A stretch of DNA of 64,000 nucleotides, from NCBI RefSeq assembly GCF_006345805.1, contig NC_043022.1:20026001-20090000 (forward strand). The letters are read 5' to 3'. The notes beneath the pieces are model-generated. The model was not told the DNA's origin, did not search any database, and saw only the letters and a list, made by a program, of their open reading frames with translations. Positions 1 through 12,483 of the stretch are shown in pieces. This DNA comes from Octopus sinensis (lineage: Eukaryota). Every line of letters begins with the position of its first letter. Position 1 is the stretch's first letter. The translations under genes and the position numbers were made by a program.

Positions 1-480
1 ATATGTGAGAAAGAGGAGAGGTGGAGGTGAGAGAGAGGAGAGGAAGGTGAGAGAGAAAGGAGAGGAAGGCGAGAGAGAAAGGAGAGGAAGGTGAGAGAGA
101 AAGAGAAGTGAGAGAAAGAGAGAGAGGTGAGAGAGAGGGAGGAGATGAAAGAGAGAGGTAGACAGAGAGGGAAGGTGAGACTGAGAAGGTGAGATAAAGA
201 GGGGAATGGGGTGAGATAGAGAGAAGAGTGAGAAGTGAGAGAGAGAGAGGAGATAAAGAGGAGAGACACAGTGGGGTCAGAGAAACATAGATGAGAATAG
301 TGAAAGAAAAATATATGAATATGTGAAATAAGACAAAGTTGAGCAATAGGTGAGAGGAGAAAGAGAAAGCAGAGAGCAAGCAAGGTAAGAGATGGATGAG
401 AGAATGAGAGAGAAGGTTAGTGAGAGAGAGAGGATGAGAGAGAGAGAAGAGAGAAGTGTATGAGAAGGAATGTGAGAAAA
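1..480. repeat. GA-rich polypurine low-complexity tract
   Basis: Nearly continuous GAGA/GGAGA/GAAGGTGA motifs with very few pyrimidines on the + strand. Confidence 0.9.
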
Positions 481-744
481 CATGAAAAAGCACGATTTGG
501 AAAATAAAGGTGTATGTGTGTGTTTGTGTGTAAATGTGCATAAATAAATCCAAGCCAACAGGAACAGACATTTTCCCAAAGTGAAACGCGGTCAGATCAA
601 ACTGGAACCAATGTAGCTGCCGAATAAACTTATTAACCACACAACCTTGCCTGTGCCTATATCAACTCATCTATCTCTTTGAAAATATATTGAATACTCT
701 TTCTTTTCATTCATTCATTCATGGATGTATATATGTATCTATAG

Positions 745-944
745 CAGTGCTTTTCAAACTTTTTGCTGGAGCGGAACCCCAAGGAAACATTCCATGGCTC
801 GAGGAACCCCTGTGCAATAATTTAATAGTCTTATGCACACATATCTGCACAGGAGACTTAAAAATTACTGCCGATTTTAGCAGTTTTGTAACTTCTTGCG
901 GAACCCCTGCACTGTACTGGCGGAACCCTGGTTGAAAACCGCTG
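745..944 (+). mobile_element. hAT (Charlie-like) MITE family 1, complete, 200 bp
   Basis: Termini CAGTGCTTTTCAA...TTGAAAACCGCTG; perfect 8-bp TSD ATCTATAG at 737-744 and 945-952. Confidence 0.92.
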
Positions 945-1020
945 ATCTATAGATATATATATATGCATGAATGTAACAAAGTATAAATGTATATAGGCAC
1001 AGGTGTGTTCCTATATACAT

Positions 1021-1208
1021 TCAGGCATAGTAATGTAGTAAAAAGTCTGCTTCCCAATCACATAGTTCCAGTTTCAGTCATACGGTGTGGCTGTGTGGCA
1101 CTTTCGGCAAGTGTCTTCTATTATAGCCCTGGCCTGACCAAAGCCTTGAAAGTGGATCTGGGAAACAGAAACAGAAAGGACCCCTGTCATATATATATGA
1201 GTGTGTGC

Positions 1209-1269
<61 letters not shown>

Positions 1270-1504
1270 TACATTACACACACATATAAACACGTGGGTG
1301 GTGTCTTTGTCCCCACCTCCACTGCTTGACAATTAGTGTTGGTTTGTTTGCATCCATGTAACTTGGCAGTTTAGGGGAAAAAACAACTGATAGAATAAGT
1401 ACCACACTTAAAAGAAAAACAAGTATTGGATTCAATTTGTTCAACTAAACCCTACAAGATGGTGCCCCAGCTTGGCCTTATTCCAATGAAATGATAAAAT
1501 AAAT
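1021..1504 (+). mobile_element. SINE-A, old diverged copy with internal (TA)n
   Basis: Diverged match to the younger copies (head, GCAAGTGTCTTCTA, GATAGAATAAGTAC, CCCCAGC tail). Confidence 0.8.
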
Positions 1505-1533
1505 ATATACATAACATATATGTTATATATATA

Positions 1534-1922
1534 GGCGCAGGAGTGGCTGTGTGGTAAGTAGCTTGCTAACCAACCACATGGTTCCGGGTTCAGTCCTACT
1601 ACGTGGCATCTTGGGCAAGTGTCTTCTGCTATAGCCCCGGGCCGACCAATGCCTTGTGAGTGAATTTGGTAAACGGAAACTGAAAGAAGCCTGTCGTATA
1701 TATGTATATATATATATGTATGTGTGTGTATGTTTGTGTGTGTCTGTGTTTGTCCCCCTAGCATTGCTCGACAACCGATGCTGGTGTGTTTACATCACCG
1801 TCACTTAGCAGTTCGGCAAAAGAGACCGATAGAATAAGTCCCGGAGTCAATTTGCTCGACTAAAGGCGGTGCTCTAGCATGGCCACAGTCAAATGACTGA
1901 AACCAGTAAAACAATAAAGAGT
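1534..1922 (+). mobile_element. SINE-A (tRNA-headed), young near-full-length copy
   Basis: Head GGCGCAGGAGTGGCTGTGTGG (A-box-like), GGTTCAGTCC (B-box-like), TTGGGCAAGTGTCTT core, internal (TA)/(TG), tail AAATGACTGAAAC...AAAGAG; near-identical to 12484, 35532 and 55905. Confidence 0.92.
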
Positions 1923-2343
1923 ATATATATACATAACATATGTATGTATGTATGTATGTATGTATAACCCTGTCCAACACATCACCATAAAAAAGGGGAG
2001 GAGAGGAGGAGAATAGTGTCCCACTTCCCTGGAAGTTGAGTGCATGTCTGATGTAAGCTGTCTAGGTTGTGTGCTTGATGCCCATGTGGAGAAGGTTAAT
2101 GAGGAATGAAGTCTGGTATCACCTGCACGAGGGGGGAAGTGTCAGGAGAGGGGTGTTGGTAGAGCAGTAATGCAGGAGTAGGTCATTAGTGCAGATGGAG
2201 TAGAGTGTGGGGGGTGGAGACATAAAAGAAACTACTGGGACAGCAGTGTCAATAGAACATTCACACACACACACATACATACATACACATCATATACATA
2301 CACACGCATGTATATGTATGTATGTATATGTATATATATAGAT

Positions 2344-2378
<35 letters not shown>

Positions 2379-2420
2379 AGAATAGAGCTCAAAACATGAG
2401 TATATATATATATGTTTTTT

Positions 2421-2540
2421 ATTAATAATCATCTGAAGTTATTGAGTGACTCAAAGGCTGACAGTTTCATATGTTGGCACTTAAAATACGAAACTCTCAG
2501 CCCTTGAGTCACTCTGAAACTTAATGCTAATTACAATTAA
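2421..2540. mobile_element. Palindromic ~120-bp MITE with TGACTCA/TGAGTCA in both arms
   Basis: Homologous to 36125-36258: GAAGTTATTGAGTGACTCAAAGGCTGA ... CTCTCAGCCCTTGAGTCACTCTGAAACTT. Confidence 0.7.
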
Positions 2541-2839
2541 AACACACACACACAAATACATATATACACATACATACATACACATATATATATGCATATA
2601 TATATATACACACACACATACGTACCAACACACACATAAATACACACACAGACATACACATATATACACACACACACACACATATATATATGCCATCATC
2701 ATCAGTTTAACATCTACTTTTCCATGTTTGTATGAGGCAGCTCTCCTTCTTACTTAGCCCTATCAGTTTCCAAGCAAGGTAAAAGACAGGAAACGAACAA
2801 CACCACTCATTTACAATTATCACATGAAGCCAAAGCAAG

Positions 2840-2891
<52 letters not shown>

Positions 2892-2914
2892 ATGTCAACA
2901 ACACAACTTGTCAA

Positions 2915-3040
2915 CCGTGAAAGGATGAAAGGTAAAGTCAACCTCAGCTGAATTTGAACTCAGAACATAATGGCAGACAAAATACCGCTAAGCATTACAC
3001 CCGGCATACTAGCAATTCTGCTAGCTCACCACCTTTGCCC

Positions 3041-3073
<33 letters not shown>

Positions 3074-3290
3074 TCCTTTCTACTAAAGACACAAGGCCTG
3101 AAATTTGGGGGAATGAGATAGTCAATTACATTGACCCCAATGCGTGACTGGTACTTATTTCATAGACCCCAAAAGGATAAAAGGTAAAGTCAACCTCAGC
3201 AAATTTGAGCTCAGAACGTCAGGACGGATGCAATACCACTAAGCAAATTGGTCCGGCATACTTACAATTCTGCCAGATTGCCAACTTGGT
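2915..3290 (-). mobile_element. Two adjacent older SINE-B copies; the second has the alternative tail ending in (ATT)n
   Basis: Reverse complement of the SINE-B head and core (GAATTTGAACTCAGAAC, AAAGTCAACCTC); ACAAGGCCTGAAATTT tail next to (TAA)n at ~3042-3070. Confidence 0.8.
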
Positions 3291-3842
3291 AATAATGATA
3301 ATATTATGATTATTATTATTAATAAATGCAGTGGATTTGCAAAGTTGATTAGAGCGCCAGACAAAATGCTTTAAAGCATTCAGTAACAGCTTTTAAAACT
3401 CCAATTTCAATTCTTGCTACTCATTGAGGTCAACTGAATTGACTTCCTTCTCCCTAAATTTGCAGCCTTGTGCTTATATTAAAAACCCGATGTAGTAGTA
3501 GTAGTAGCAGCAGCAGCAGTAGCTGTAATAGTTGGAAGTGGTAGTTATTGTGCTAGCTCATTCATTTGAAACCTAAATATGACCTACCAGATGGTGTTCA
3601 TTAATTTATTAAACTGTCCACTAATTAGTTTCAATCAGTTTTAATACTTTTTAAGTCAAAACTAATTAGAAAAGTTTAGCATAGTTCTTTTGTTAAACAA
3701 ATATCAAATATCAAGATTGATTTAACCGACAAACATGTAAGAACGTATACCAAGTTGAACTTGATTGGATTGGATTGCCAATGTTCAGTCCATTGCAGAA
3801 TGAGGGCCTCAGCATGTTCTCTCCATCAACCATGGTCTGATG

Positions 3843-4035
3843 CAGTGGTTTTCAACCAGGGTTCCGCCAATACAGTCCAGGGGTTCCGCAAGAAGTTACT
3901 AAAATCAGCAGTAATTTTTTATTCTCCTGTGCAGATATATGTGCATAAAACTATTAAATTATTGCACAGGGGTTCCTCGAGCCAGTGGAATGTTTCCTTG
4001 GGGTTCCGCTCCAGCAAAAAGTTTGAACAGCACTG
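3843..4035 (-). mobile_element. hAT MITE family 1, complete, inverted relative to 745-944
   Basis: TIRs CAGTGGTTTTCAA/TTGAACAGCACTG; perfect 8-bp TSD GTCTGATG at 3835-3842 and 4036-4043. Confidence 0.92.
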
Positions 4036-4376
4036 GTCTGATGTATAGACCATGAATTTGATCTTGAGATCATATTCATTTGTTGAGCTTACTCTACCAC
4101 ACTGGCTTGACAGAGGGTGCAGTATTTTGGGGTTGCCCATGTTCAGTACAATGCAAGACAATGGCCTCAGCATGTTCTCTCCACCAGCAACAGTCTGATG
4201 CGAGTTCGTGAATCTAAGCTTGAGAGGTGGACATCAGCAGAGCATTGCCAATAAACATGCATCAAAGAAAATAAACGCCACTACAGGATCACACAATGTG
4301 CTAGAAATAGTCAGAAAAATCTCCCCCCAATTCATAGTATATCATCATAAATAAAGGAACACATAGGCGATATGCT

Positions 4377-4770
4377 GTGCTTGAGAAAACCCGTCCAGCC
4401 AAGTGAAATCATAGTCATTACTGATGCTAGTGGCATGTAAATAGCATCTTTCAAATTTTGGGCCACACAAAGGCAGGGATAAATGACCAAGACCTCGTTA
4501 TACCATGCTTGAGAAGACCTGTCAAAGCAAGTGAGATTGTAGTCGCGGCCAATGCTGGGGGTTTCATAACTGGCACTTGTGCCAGTGACACATAAAAAGC
4601 ACTCGCTACATTCTTGGAGTGGTTGATATTAGGAAGGGCATCAAGCTGAAGAAACCATGCAAAATCAGACTGAAGTCTGGATGCAGCTCCCCAGCTTACC
4701 AGTTTTTCAGTCAAACCATCCAACCCGTGTCAGCATGGAAAACGGACATTAAATGATGATGATGGTGATG
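4377..4770 (+). mobile_element. Older RTE-type 3' tail element
   Basis: TTAGGAAGGGCATC...CCATCCAACCC...GCATGGAAAACGGACATTAAATGATGATGAT, homologous to the 3' end of the RTE at 36457. Confidence 0.75.
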
Positions 4771-4791
4771 GTGGTAGTTGTAATGTAATAA

Positions 4792-5008
4792 GGCGGTGAG
4801 CTGGCAGAAACGTTAGCACGCCAGGCGAAATGCTTAGCAGCATTTCGTCTGCTGCTATGTTCTGAGTTCAAATTGTGCCGAGGTCGACTTTGCCATTCAT
4901 TGTTTCGGGATCAATCAAATAAGTACCAGTTATGCACTGGGGTTGATATACTCGACTTAATCCGTTTGTCCTCTCTACGTTTAGCCCCTTGTGGGCAGTA
5001 AAGAAATT
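4792..5008 (+). mobile_element. SINE-B (tRNA head, central GGTCGACTTTGCC domain, tail type 1)
   Basis: GGCGGTGAGCTGGCAGAAACG head, GAGTTCAAATT B-box; 14-bp duplication TGGTAGTTGTAATG at 4772-4785 and 5008-5021. Confidence 0.9.
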
Positions 5009-5499
5009 GGTAGTTGTAATGATGATGACGATGACGGCAACGAAGATGATGATGATGACAGTGATGATGATGATGATGATGATGATGATTCTCTATATCA
5101 GTGTATGTGTGTGTGTGTGTGTGTGTGCACCAAAACACACGTGTTTATCTTCAATATATTTATAACATCCAATTAGGATGTTAAAAATACAGTGAAGACA
5201 AACAGCGAAAATACACACACATACAACATGCAGAACAGCTCCAGTAACATCAATTCCATATCTGTCTAGTTAGTAGTGTGGTGTGGTGGTGGTGGTGGTG
5301 GTGGTGGTGGTGGTGATGAGGTGTTATGTCAAAAACTTAATTCTGGGCACTCTTCACAACAATTCTGGCAAATGTTAAGATTGAAAATAATATTCAAGAA
5401 AAAATAAAAGATAGAAATGATTTGTGTGTGTGTGTGCATGGGATTGTGTGTAGACATGTAGAAATGAATGTAAATTGATGCAAGTATGTGTGTGTGTGC

Positions 5500-5960
<461 letters not shown>

Positions 5961-6192
5961 ATGTAATCAACATTATCTGGCATATCAATGATAACAATAA
6001 CAAAAAACAGACACACCAAGACAACCCCCATCAACCACCCAACAAGGGGGAGAAAAAGTAATTAAAAAAAAACCCTACACGACCTCATTTATCAAAAGAC
6101 ATAATCCAATCCTCCAGTTTCTGACATTTCTTTCACCATCTTCATTCTTGGTTTTTCTCTCTGTGTGTGTAAACATATTTACAAAAATTGTT

Positions 6193-6225
<33 letters not shown>

Positions 6226-6416
6226 GCACAGTCATACATATCTACAAATACATACATATATACACAAACATTTCTTATATTTTGATCTTAAAGAGAATCA
6301 TTCAGAATCTTATCTCGTTTCTTACAATAGTATAAAGCCCCCACCTTCCTCCCACACAATGTCAGGGGATTAAATAGTAGACAGAGAGAGAGAGAAAGAG
6401 AGAGAGAGAGAGGGAA

Positions 6417-6492
<76 letters not shown>

Positions 6493-6595
6493 CATTAAAT
6501 AGACAGAGTTAGACAGACAGACAGATAGATAGATAGATAGATAGACAGCCAGATAGACTGACAGATAGAAAGACAAATAGACAGATAGATAGATA

Positions 6596-7234
6596 TGTTT
6601 CTTTATTAGCCACACAGGGCTGCACACAGATAGAACAAATTACAAGGTAGAGCTTTTCTTTTGAAGGTAAAAAAATAAAAAATAAAAATAAAAATTTAAA
6701 AAAGGGGGGGGGTCGATCAAAAGGGATCGTAAAAGGAGAGAAAGAGGACAAAAAAGGGGAGGGTTAAAAAAAAAGGGGGAGAGGAAAAAAATTGATCAAT
6801 AGGGATCGTTATCACAGAAATGTCAATATGAAATGTAAAGGGGAGGACAGGTGAGGTTTACCCGTGGAAAGAAAAGCCTACGGAAAAGACCACGGTAACC
6901 TCGGTCAATGAAGTCACATGTTATATTTCTTTTTTTTTTTTTTTTTGTTTTTTGCAAATAAGCAACTCTCTGTATTAATTTTTACGGTTCATAGAATCAT
7001 AGTCAAGGTGGCTTCGTCATTCATACGTGCCATCCTTGCTACATTCACCCATCTTTTTTTAAAACATTCACTAGACAAAACTTGCCTCTCTACTCTCACT
7101 TTTTTCTTCAAGTGATACTTGAAGAAGTTGATGAGAGATTGACCAGAGAGGAAAGTGTTTGTCTCTAATCCTTTCAGACGCGTCCACCAGATACATTCTT
7201 TCGCCATAGCCACAAGTATGATAAAAATAGCTCA
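6596..7234 (-). mobile_element. 5'-truncated Tx1/L1-clade LINE: ORF2 C-terminus plus ~390-nt 3'UTR
   Basis: Minus frame AIFIILVAMAKECIWWTRLKG...FFKYHLKKKVRVERQVLSSECFKKRWVNVARMARMNDEATLTMIL* (stop 6989-6991) fits the Tx1-type ORF2 C-terminal pattern (A.AK..I...R ... E......F..+W) as I recall it; the 3' end reads ...GCTAATAAAGAAACAT into (ATCT)n. Confidence 0.72.
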
Positions 7235-7282
7235 TAGATAGATAGATAGACAGATAGAGTTAGATAGCTAGACAGATAGATA

Positions 7283-7467
7283 GGCGGCGAGATGGCAAAA
7301 ACGTTCATACACCAGGCGAAATGCTTGACGGTATTTCGTCCATGTGAACGTTGTGGGTTCAAATTCCGTCGAGGTCGACTTTGCCTTTCATCCTTTCGGG
7401 GTTGATGTAATCGACTTAATCCGTTTGTCTGTCCTTGTTTGTCCCCTCTATGGGCAATAAAGAAATT
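7283..7467 (+). mobile_element. SINE-B, tail type 1, inside a (GATA/GACA)n array
   Basis: Head GGCGGCGAGATGGCAAAAACG, core GAGGTCGACTTTGCCTTTCATCC, tail GGGCAATAAAGAAATT; internal deletion. Confidence 0.88.
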
Positions 7468-7570
7468 AGACAGACAGACAGACAGATAGATAGATAGATA
7501 GGCGGACAGACAGATAGACAGATGATAAGATAGATAGATAGATAGGTGGACAAACAGATAGACAGATGAT

Positions 7571-7626
<56 letters not shown>

Positions 7627-8683
7627 GAGGGAGATGAAAAGATGATAGAAAGGCCGATGGATAGATAGATAGATAAATAGACAGATAACTTGACAGACAG
7701 GCAGTTTTCTGCTGGGGCATGAAAGAAGAGGGGAGTAATTAGTTAAGTTTCATTTATCTTTTATGACACTTCTACAAAAAAAAAACTGAAAATTTTTTAT
7801 AAAAAAAAATATTGAAATCTTCACTTCCTCCTACTAACTGACACAATAGGTAACTGAAAACAAGGAACACATACACACACAAAAAAAAAACTAAGTGCAT
7901 GAAAAGGGTTCATGATGAGGGTGAATTTATATTTATCTTTTTTTTTTCCTTTTCTTTTTTTTTTGGTCTTATCAAACAAAGATTTTTAACAGGGCACCCC
8001 ACCCTACTAAGAAATTGTCATCTGCAGTTTCACTACCACCACCACCACCACCTTAATCAAATTTCCTATACTAACTTTAATAAACTTTAATAAAGTTTTC
8101 ACATGCTGAAAATGCAACTTCTTGATACTTTCAAATGCAAGTCTCAGAAAATTAAAATTTTTGCTTTTCTTTTTCATATTTAAATTACTTCTCTGGAGAA
8201 ATTTTTTTTTTTTTTCATAATCTTGAATTTATTTTCGTTTCTGATAAACTTTTTTTTCCTTTCCTTTAATACATATTTTTACACATTTTTTACTAAAAAT
8301 TCTTGTTATTTTAATATTGACATTGCAACTCAAAGAAGAGTCAGAGGGAAGAGGGATTTTAAAAAAATAGTGTGGTGTAGAGGATTATAGAAAAGAAATA
8401 AATTCTACCATATGGTTTTCATTACTTTTTTCTTTTCTATTTTCTTTCCAGGGGTGAGTAGAAGTGTGGGGGGAGGGTTGTTTGTTTTTTGGGGTACTTT
8501 TTTTTGTTTAAGTGCACCTTTAAATGTACGAGAGTTAAACTAATCACAACAAGATGGTGAAATTATGGAACCATTAGAAAATAAAATAAAATACTACTAC
8601 TACTACTACTAACAATAATGGTGGTGGTGGTAAAAAGATGTATGATTGCAAACAGCAGTACCACTTCATAAGTCACAATAATC

Positions 8684-8753
<70 letters not shown>

Positions 8754-9799
8754 GTTTGTATATCTTTGCATTTTGAGTTCAAATTCTACCAAGGACAACT
8801 TTGCCATTCATCTTTCCAGGGTCAATCAAATAAGTACCAGTTGAATACTGGGGTCGACAAGCAATGTGTCTACAGTGGAAAGGATTATTATTATTATTAT
8901 TTGTAGTAGTAGTAGTGTTGCCCTAGCCTGTAAACATATTTGTTCTCCAATCAAACCACAAAGATTAAAAACTCAGATTCATAAATATTTCAATAGTTTT
9001 TCCACTTGTGAAATTTTCAAAATTGTGAAATAAATTGAAAATCCAAATTTCAACCTACCCCACCCATTCTCTTGTCCCCAAACCACACCTACCAATACCA
9101 CCACCACCACCATAAGTGTAGGGTTTCTGCCAAGCTGCCAATAAATTTAAATGAAAAGAGAAAAAAAAAAAAACAGGTGAAGTGGGAGGAACCCTAAAAC
9201 CATTACCTCCACCTCACTTCACAGAACAAAAACAAAAGTTAAAATAATTAAAACATACAACAAAAGTGCTAAAAGAAAATAGGGGAGAAAGAAAAAATAT
9301 ATATATAAAACAACAAATGAAAATATAAATAAATAAATAAGAGAGGGGGAAGAAAATTTATGAAGTATTATTAAAAATGATGAATGCTTTTTGAAAATAA
9401 AATGACTAAGGAGCGAATGAAATAAATCTACAGAGTCTTTCGTCTTCTGATTCTTTTCAATATTCTTCTTCTATTGTTTCATTCCACATCATTTTACATT
9501 CTTGTCTTCTATGTTCTTTTTTTCATTTCATCTGTATTTCCTTCTCTTTCTCAATCATTTCATTCTTCTAGATTCTTCTCTTTTCTATCTTCTCATTCTT
9601 CTTCCTTTTGTATCATTCCTTTTTTTTCTTTTACTTCCTCCTTCTCTCTTCTATACAGTTACTGCAGCTGGTGGGGTGCGACAGGGTGGCACTTTTGGGT
9701 CAACTTTATAAACCTGTATAGGAGCAAATGTGTAGAGTGGGAGATGAGCGAGGGGGGCTCATACACCATCCTGGGTGACACACTCTGGCTACACAACTA

Positions 9800-10025
9800 C
9801 CTCTATATCATTCCTTTCCCTTCTACACCATTTTTCTTTTATATCATTCTTTTATGTTCTGTCATTCCTTCTATATCATTCCCTCTCCTTCTATATCATT
9901 CCTTTACTTTCTACATCATTCTTCCTCCTTTATCATTCTTCTCCCATAACATTCCTTTTCCTTCTATAGTATTCTTTATCCTTCTATATTATTCTTTTTC
10001 TTTCTATATCATTCTTCTCTCTTCT
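9800..10025. repeat. Degenerate ~20-bp minisatellite (consensus ~TTCTATATCATTCCTTTCC) in a pyrimidine-rich tract (~9430-10380)
   Basis: About 10 recurrences of TTCTATATCATTC-like units; explains the low-complexity 231-aa ORF. Confidence 0.75.
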
Positions 10026-10381
10026 GTATGTTTTGTCTGTCTCATGTATCCTTATTCTGAGTTCTGTATCCTTCCTCTGTCTTCTATAATCCTTCTTACA
10101 TCCTTCTGTCTACTGTATCTTCCTTGTCTTTACTGTCCTGCTCTTCTATATCACTCTCTACATGGTTAAGAAGTTTGCTTTTCAACCATGTGGTTTTGGG
10201 TTCAGTCCCACTGCGCTGCATCTTGGACAAGTATCTTCTATTATAGCCCCAAGCCAACCAATGCCTGGAGAGAGAATTTGGCTGTCCTTCTTGACTATAT
10301 CCTTCTCTCTTCTCTGTCCTTTTGTTTATCCTTCTTGTCTCTGCTATGCCCTTCATTTCTATATCCTTCTTCTGTCTACAC

Positions 10382-11001
10382 CAGTGGTTCTCAATGAGGG
10401 TCCAAAAGGCTCTTGCAGATCCATATAAGATTTTGCTGTACATTTACAATACACAAAATATTAGAAAAAATTTTTTTATACAATTCCTAATCTCTCAATA
10501 TATAAATCTGAAGTTGTCTGTGTATGGCAGGTTTGGTAGCCTTCAACTAACACTATCTCCTCTGAGACCCTGCTGCGCAAGTTGACCAAAATTGAGAGTA
10601 TGATAGAAGAAGACTTGCTCTTCCTACCGTAGAAGATAAAATTCAAATCGGACCATGTTAACACCAAAAATTATTTACATCAATAAGGTGCTTTTTTTCT
10701 ATGAAAATCCCTATTTTTTACGATTTTTTTTACTGCTGTGTCACCATTTTTCGGTGTATTTCAACCAGAAAAATGTTCACTTTAAAGAGAATAACAAGCT
10801 ACATAATGCAAAATTTTTACTTTTCAAAAATTCCAATTCTAAAGGGTCGAAACAAACCCGAGCAACGCCAGGCGATACTGCTAGTGATATTTAATCATAG
10901 AAATACAGGGATCTTTTAAAACATCAAATCGCTAGGCAGATCCATAGAAGCAAAATAGGAATCGAAAGGGTCCATAGGTAAAAATTGGTTGAGAAACACT
11001 G
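10382..11001 (+). mobile_element. hAT MITE family 2, interrupted by a Helitron
   Basis: TIRs CAGTGGTTCTCAA/TTGAGAAACACTG; body homologous to 20409-20626; TSD not retained. Confidence 0.82.
10491..10884 (+). mobile_element. Non-autonomous Helitron, 394 bp
   Basis: Starts with TC after A10490 and ends CTAG before T10885; imperfect GC-rich subterminal hairpin CCCGAGCAACGCCAGG (10857-10872); no TSD; empty A|T site seen at 20526/20527 in the paralogous MITE. Confidence 0.88.
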
Positions 11002-11399
11002 CACTATAGCATCCTTCCTCTTCTCTACCCCTCATCTTCTTCCTCATCTACCTTCTCACCCTCATTTTCTATTCCCCATCGCTCCATCATCGCACACATA
11101 TACATGTATATACGCAGTCTTTCTGTAAAGGCTCTTCTGACACACTAACATCTTGCCAGTAGTAATAACACTGCTACCAGTGCCGCTGTTGCTGTTGCTG
11201 CTACTGCTGCTGATGCTGCTGCTGTTCTCACACCTCAGCCAAACAGTGACTCATCCAATGCCTTTTGATGGCACATCCAACTGAACTGTCTCTAATTAAC
11301 ATCTCACACATCATCACAGGCATGGAGCTGCATACCCTCTCTTCCTTACGCTGCCTCCACCACCACCACAACTTCTTGTGCATAGACATTTTATAGCAA

Positions 11400-11541
11400 G
11401 TGTATGTGTGTGTGTGTGTGTGTGTGTGTTTCTTGGCAGTGTGTATAAGTATGTGTGTATGACTGACTGCATATACGTGTAAGGTTTCTGCTTGTGCGCG
11501 TGTATGTTTCTGACTGTAATTTGTCAGACAGAAAATCTGTA

Positions 11542-11582
<41 letters not shown>

Positions 11583-12033
11583 TGACTCTGAAAGTACATA
11601 GAGTATATGTGACTAACCACATGCATTTGTGTGTGTGTGTGCATATGTGTGTTTCTGACACAATGTGTGTAATATATGAGGCTGTGACTGACTGCATGTG
11701 TGCATGCAATGTGTGTGTGTGTGTGTGTGTAAATATGTTGGTATGATGGGTGTGCATGTGCATGTATTTTACATCTGTGTGTGTATGTGTGATTGCATGT
11801 GTGTTTCTGACAATTCATTAGACAGTAACTGCATGTATGTATGTGTGTGTGTTTCTGGCACAGTGTATATAGTATATGAGTATGTGACTGACTGTATGCG
11901 TGCATGTAATATGCATGTGTGTGTGGGGGGGGGGTTCTGACTGTAAGTTTGTAAGACAGTAACTCTGTGTGTGTGTGTGTGTGTGTTTTTGTATGTATTC
12001 CTAGCAGTGGGTATATAAGAGCAAACTTGTGTA

Positions 12034-12074
<41 letters not shown>

Positions 12075-12200
12075 ATGGTGACCTCTTAAGTGTGCTTTTT
12101 GGCATTGAACTTGTTAGGCAGTAACTAAGAAAGCAGCTGTACAGGTGTGTGTGTATGCTTGCATACAATACATAAACATACACATACATACCTGCATGTA
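11400..12200. repeat. (TG)n-rich degenerate microsatellite region
   Basis: Direct inspection; the 282-aa His/Thr ORF is an artefact of it. Confidence 0.9.
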
Positions 12201-12483
12201 TGCACACTCGTACGTTAGCAACTATGATGAATCTACAATTACGAGTTAATGGTGCACAATTCTGAGTGCCTGCAATTTCATACGTGTGTGTGGAAAAGTA
12301 TGTGTGTGTGAGGAGAGATTGTATGAGAAAAGCAGTTTCTGAATGATCACAAGTGTGTATGTGTACAAGTGTACAAAGAAAACAATTAAGAAAATATTAG
12401 CAGAAGCGGATGGATGTGAATGAAAAAGCAAATGTGTGTGTGTGTGTGTTCACACATTTCTGTATTTGTTTGTGCATATGTGT

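Noticed and set aside
1534-1600. tRNA-like A/B boxes at SINE heads
   Set aside because: No complete cloverleaf or acceptor stem, and they continue into SINE bodies; not tRNA genes.
7104-7126. 10-bp perfect hairpin TTCTTCAAGT-GAT-ACTTGAAGAA
   Set aside because: An isolated hairpin inside the LINE coding region with no further support; Rho-independent terminators do not apply to this eukaryotic DNA.
11160-11270. Ala-rich frame TATSAAVAVAATAADAAAVLTPQ from a (GCT)n run
   Set aside because: About 40 codons bounded by stops, no convincing splice pair, and explained by a trinucleotide repeat.
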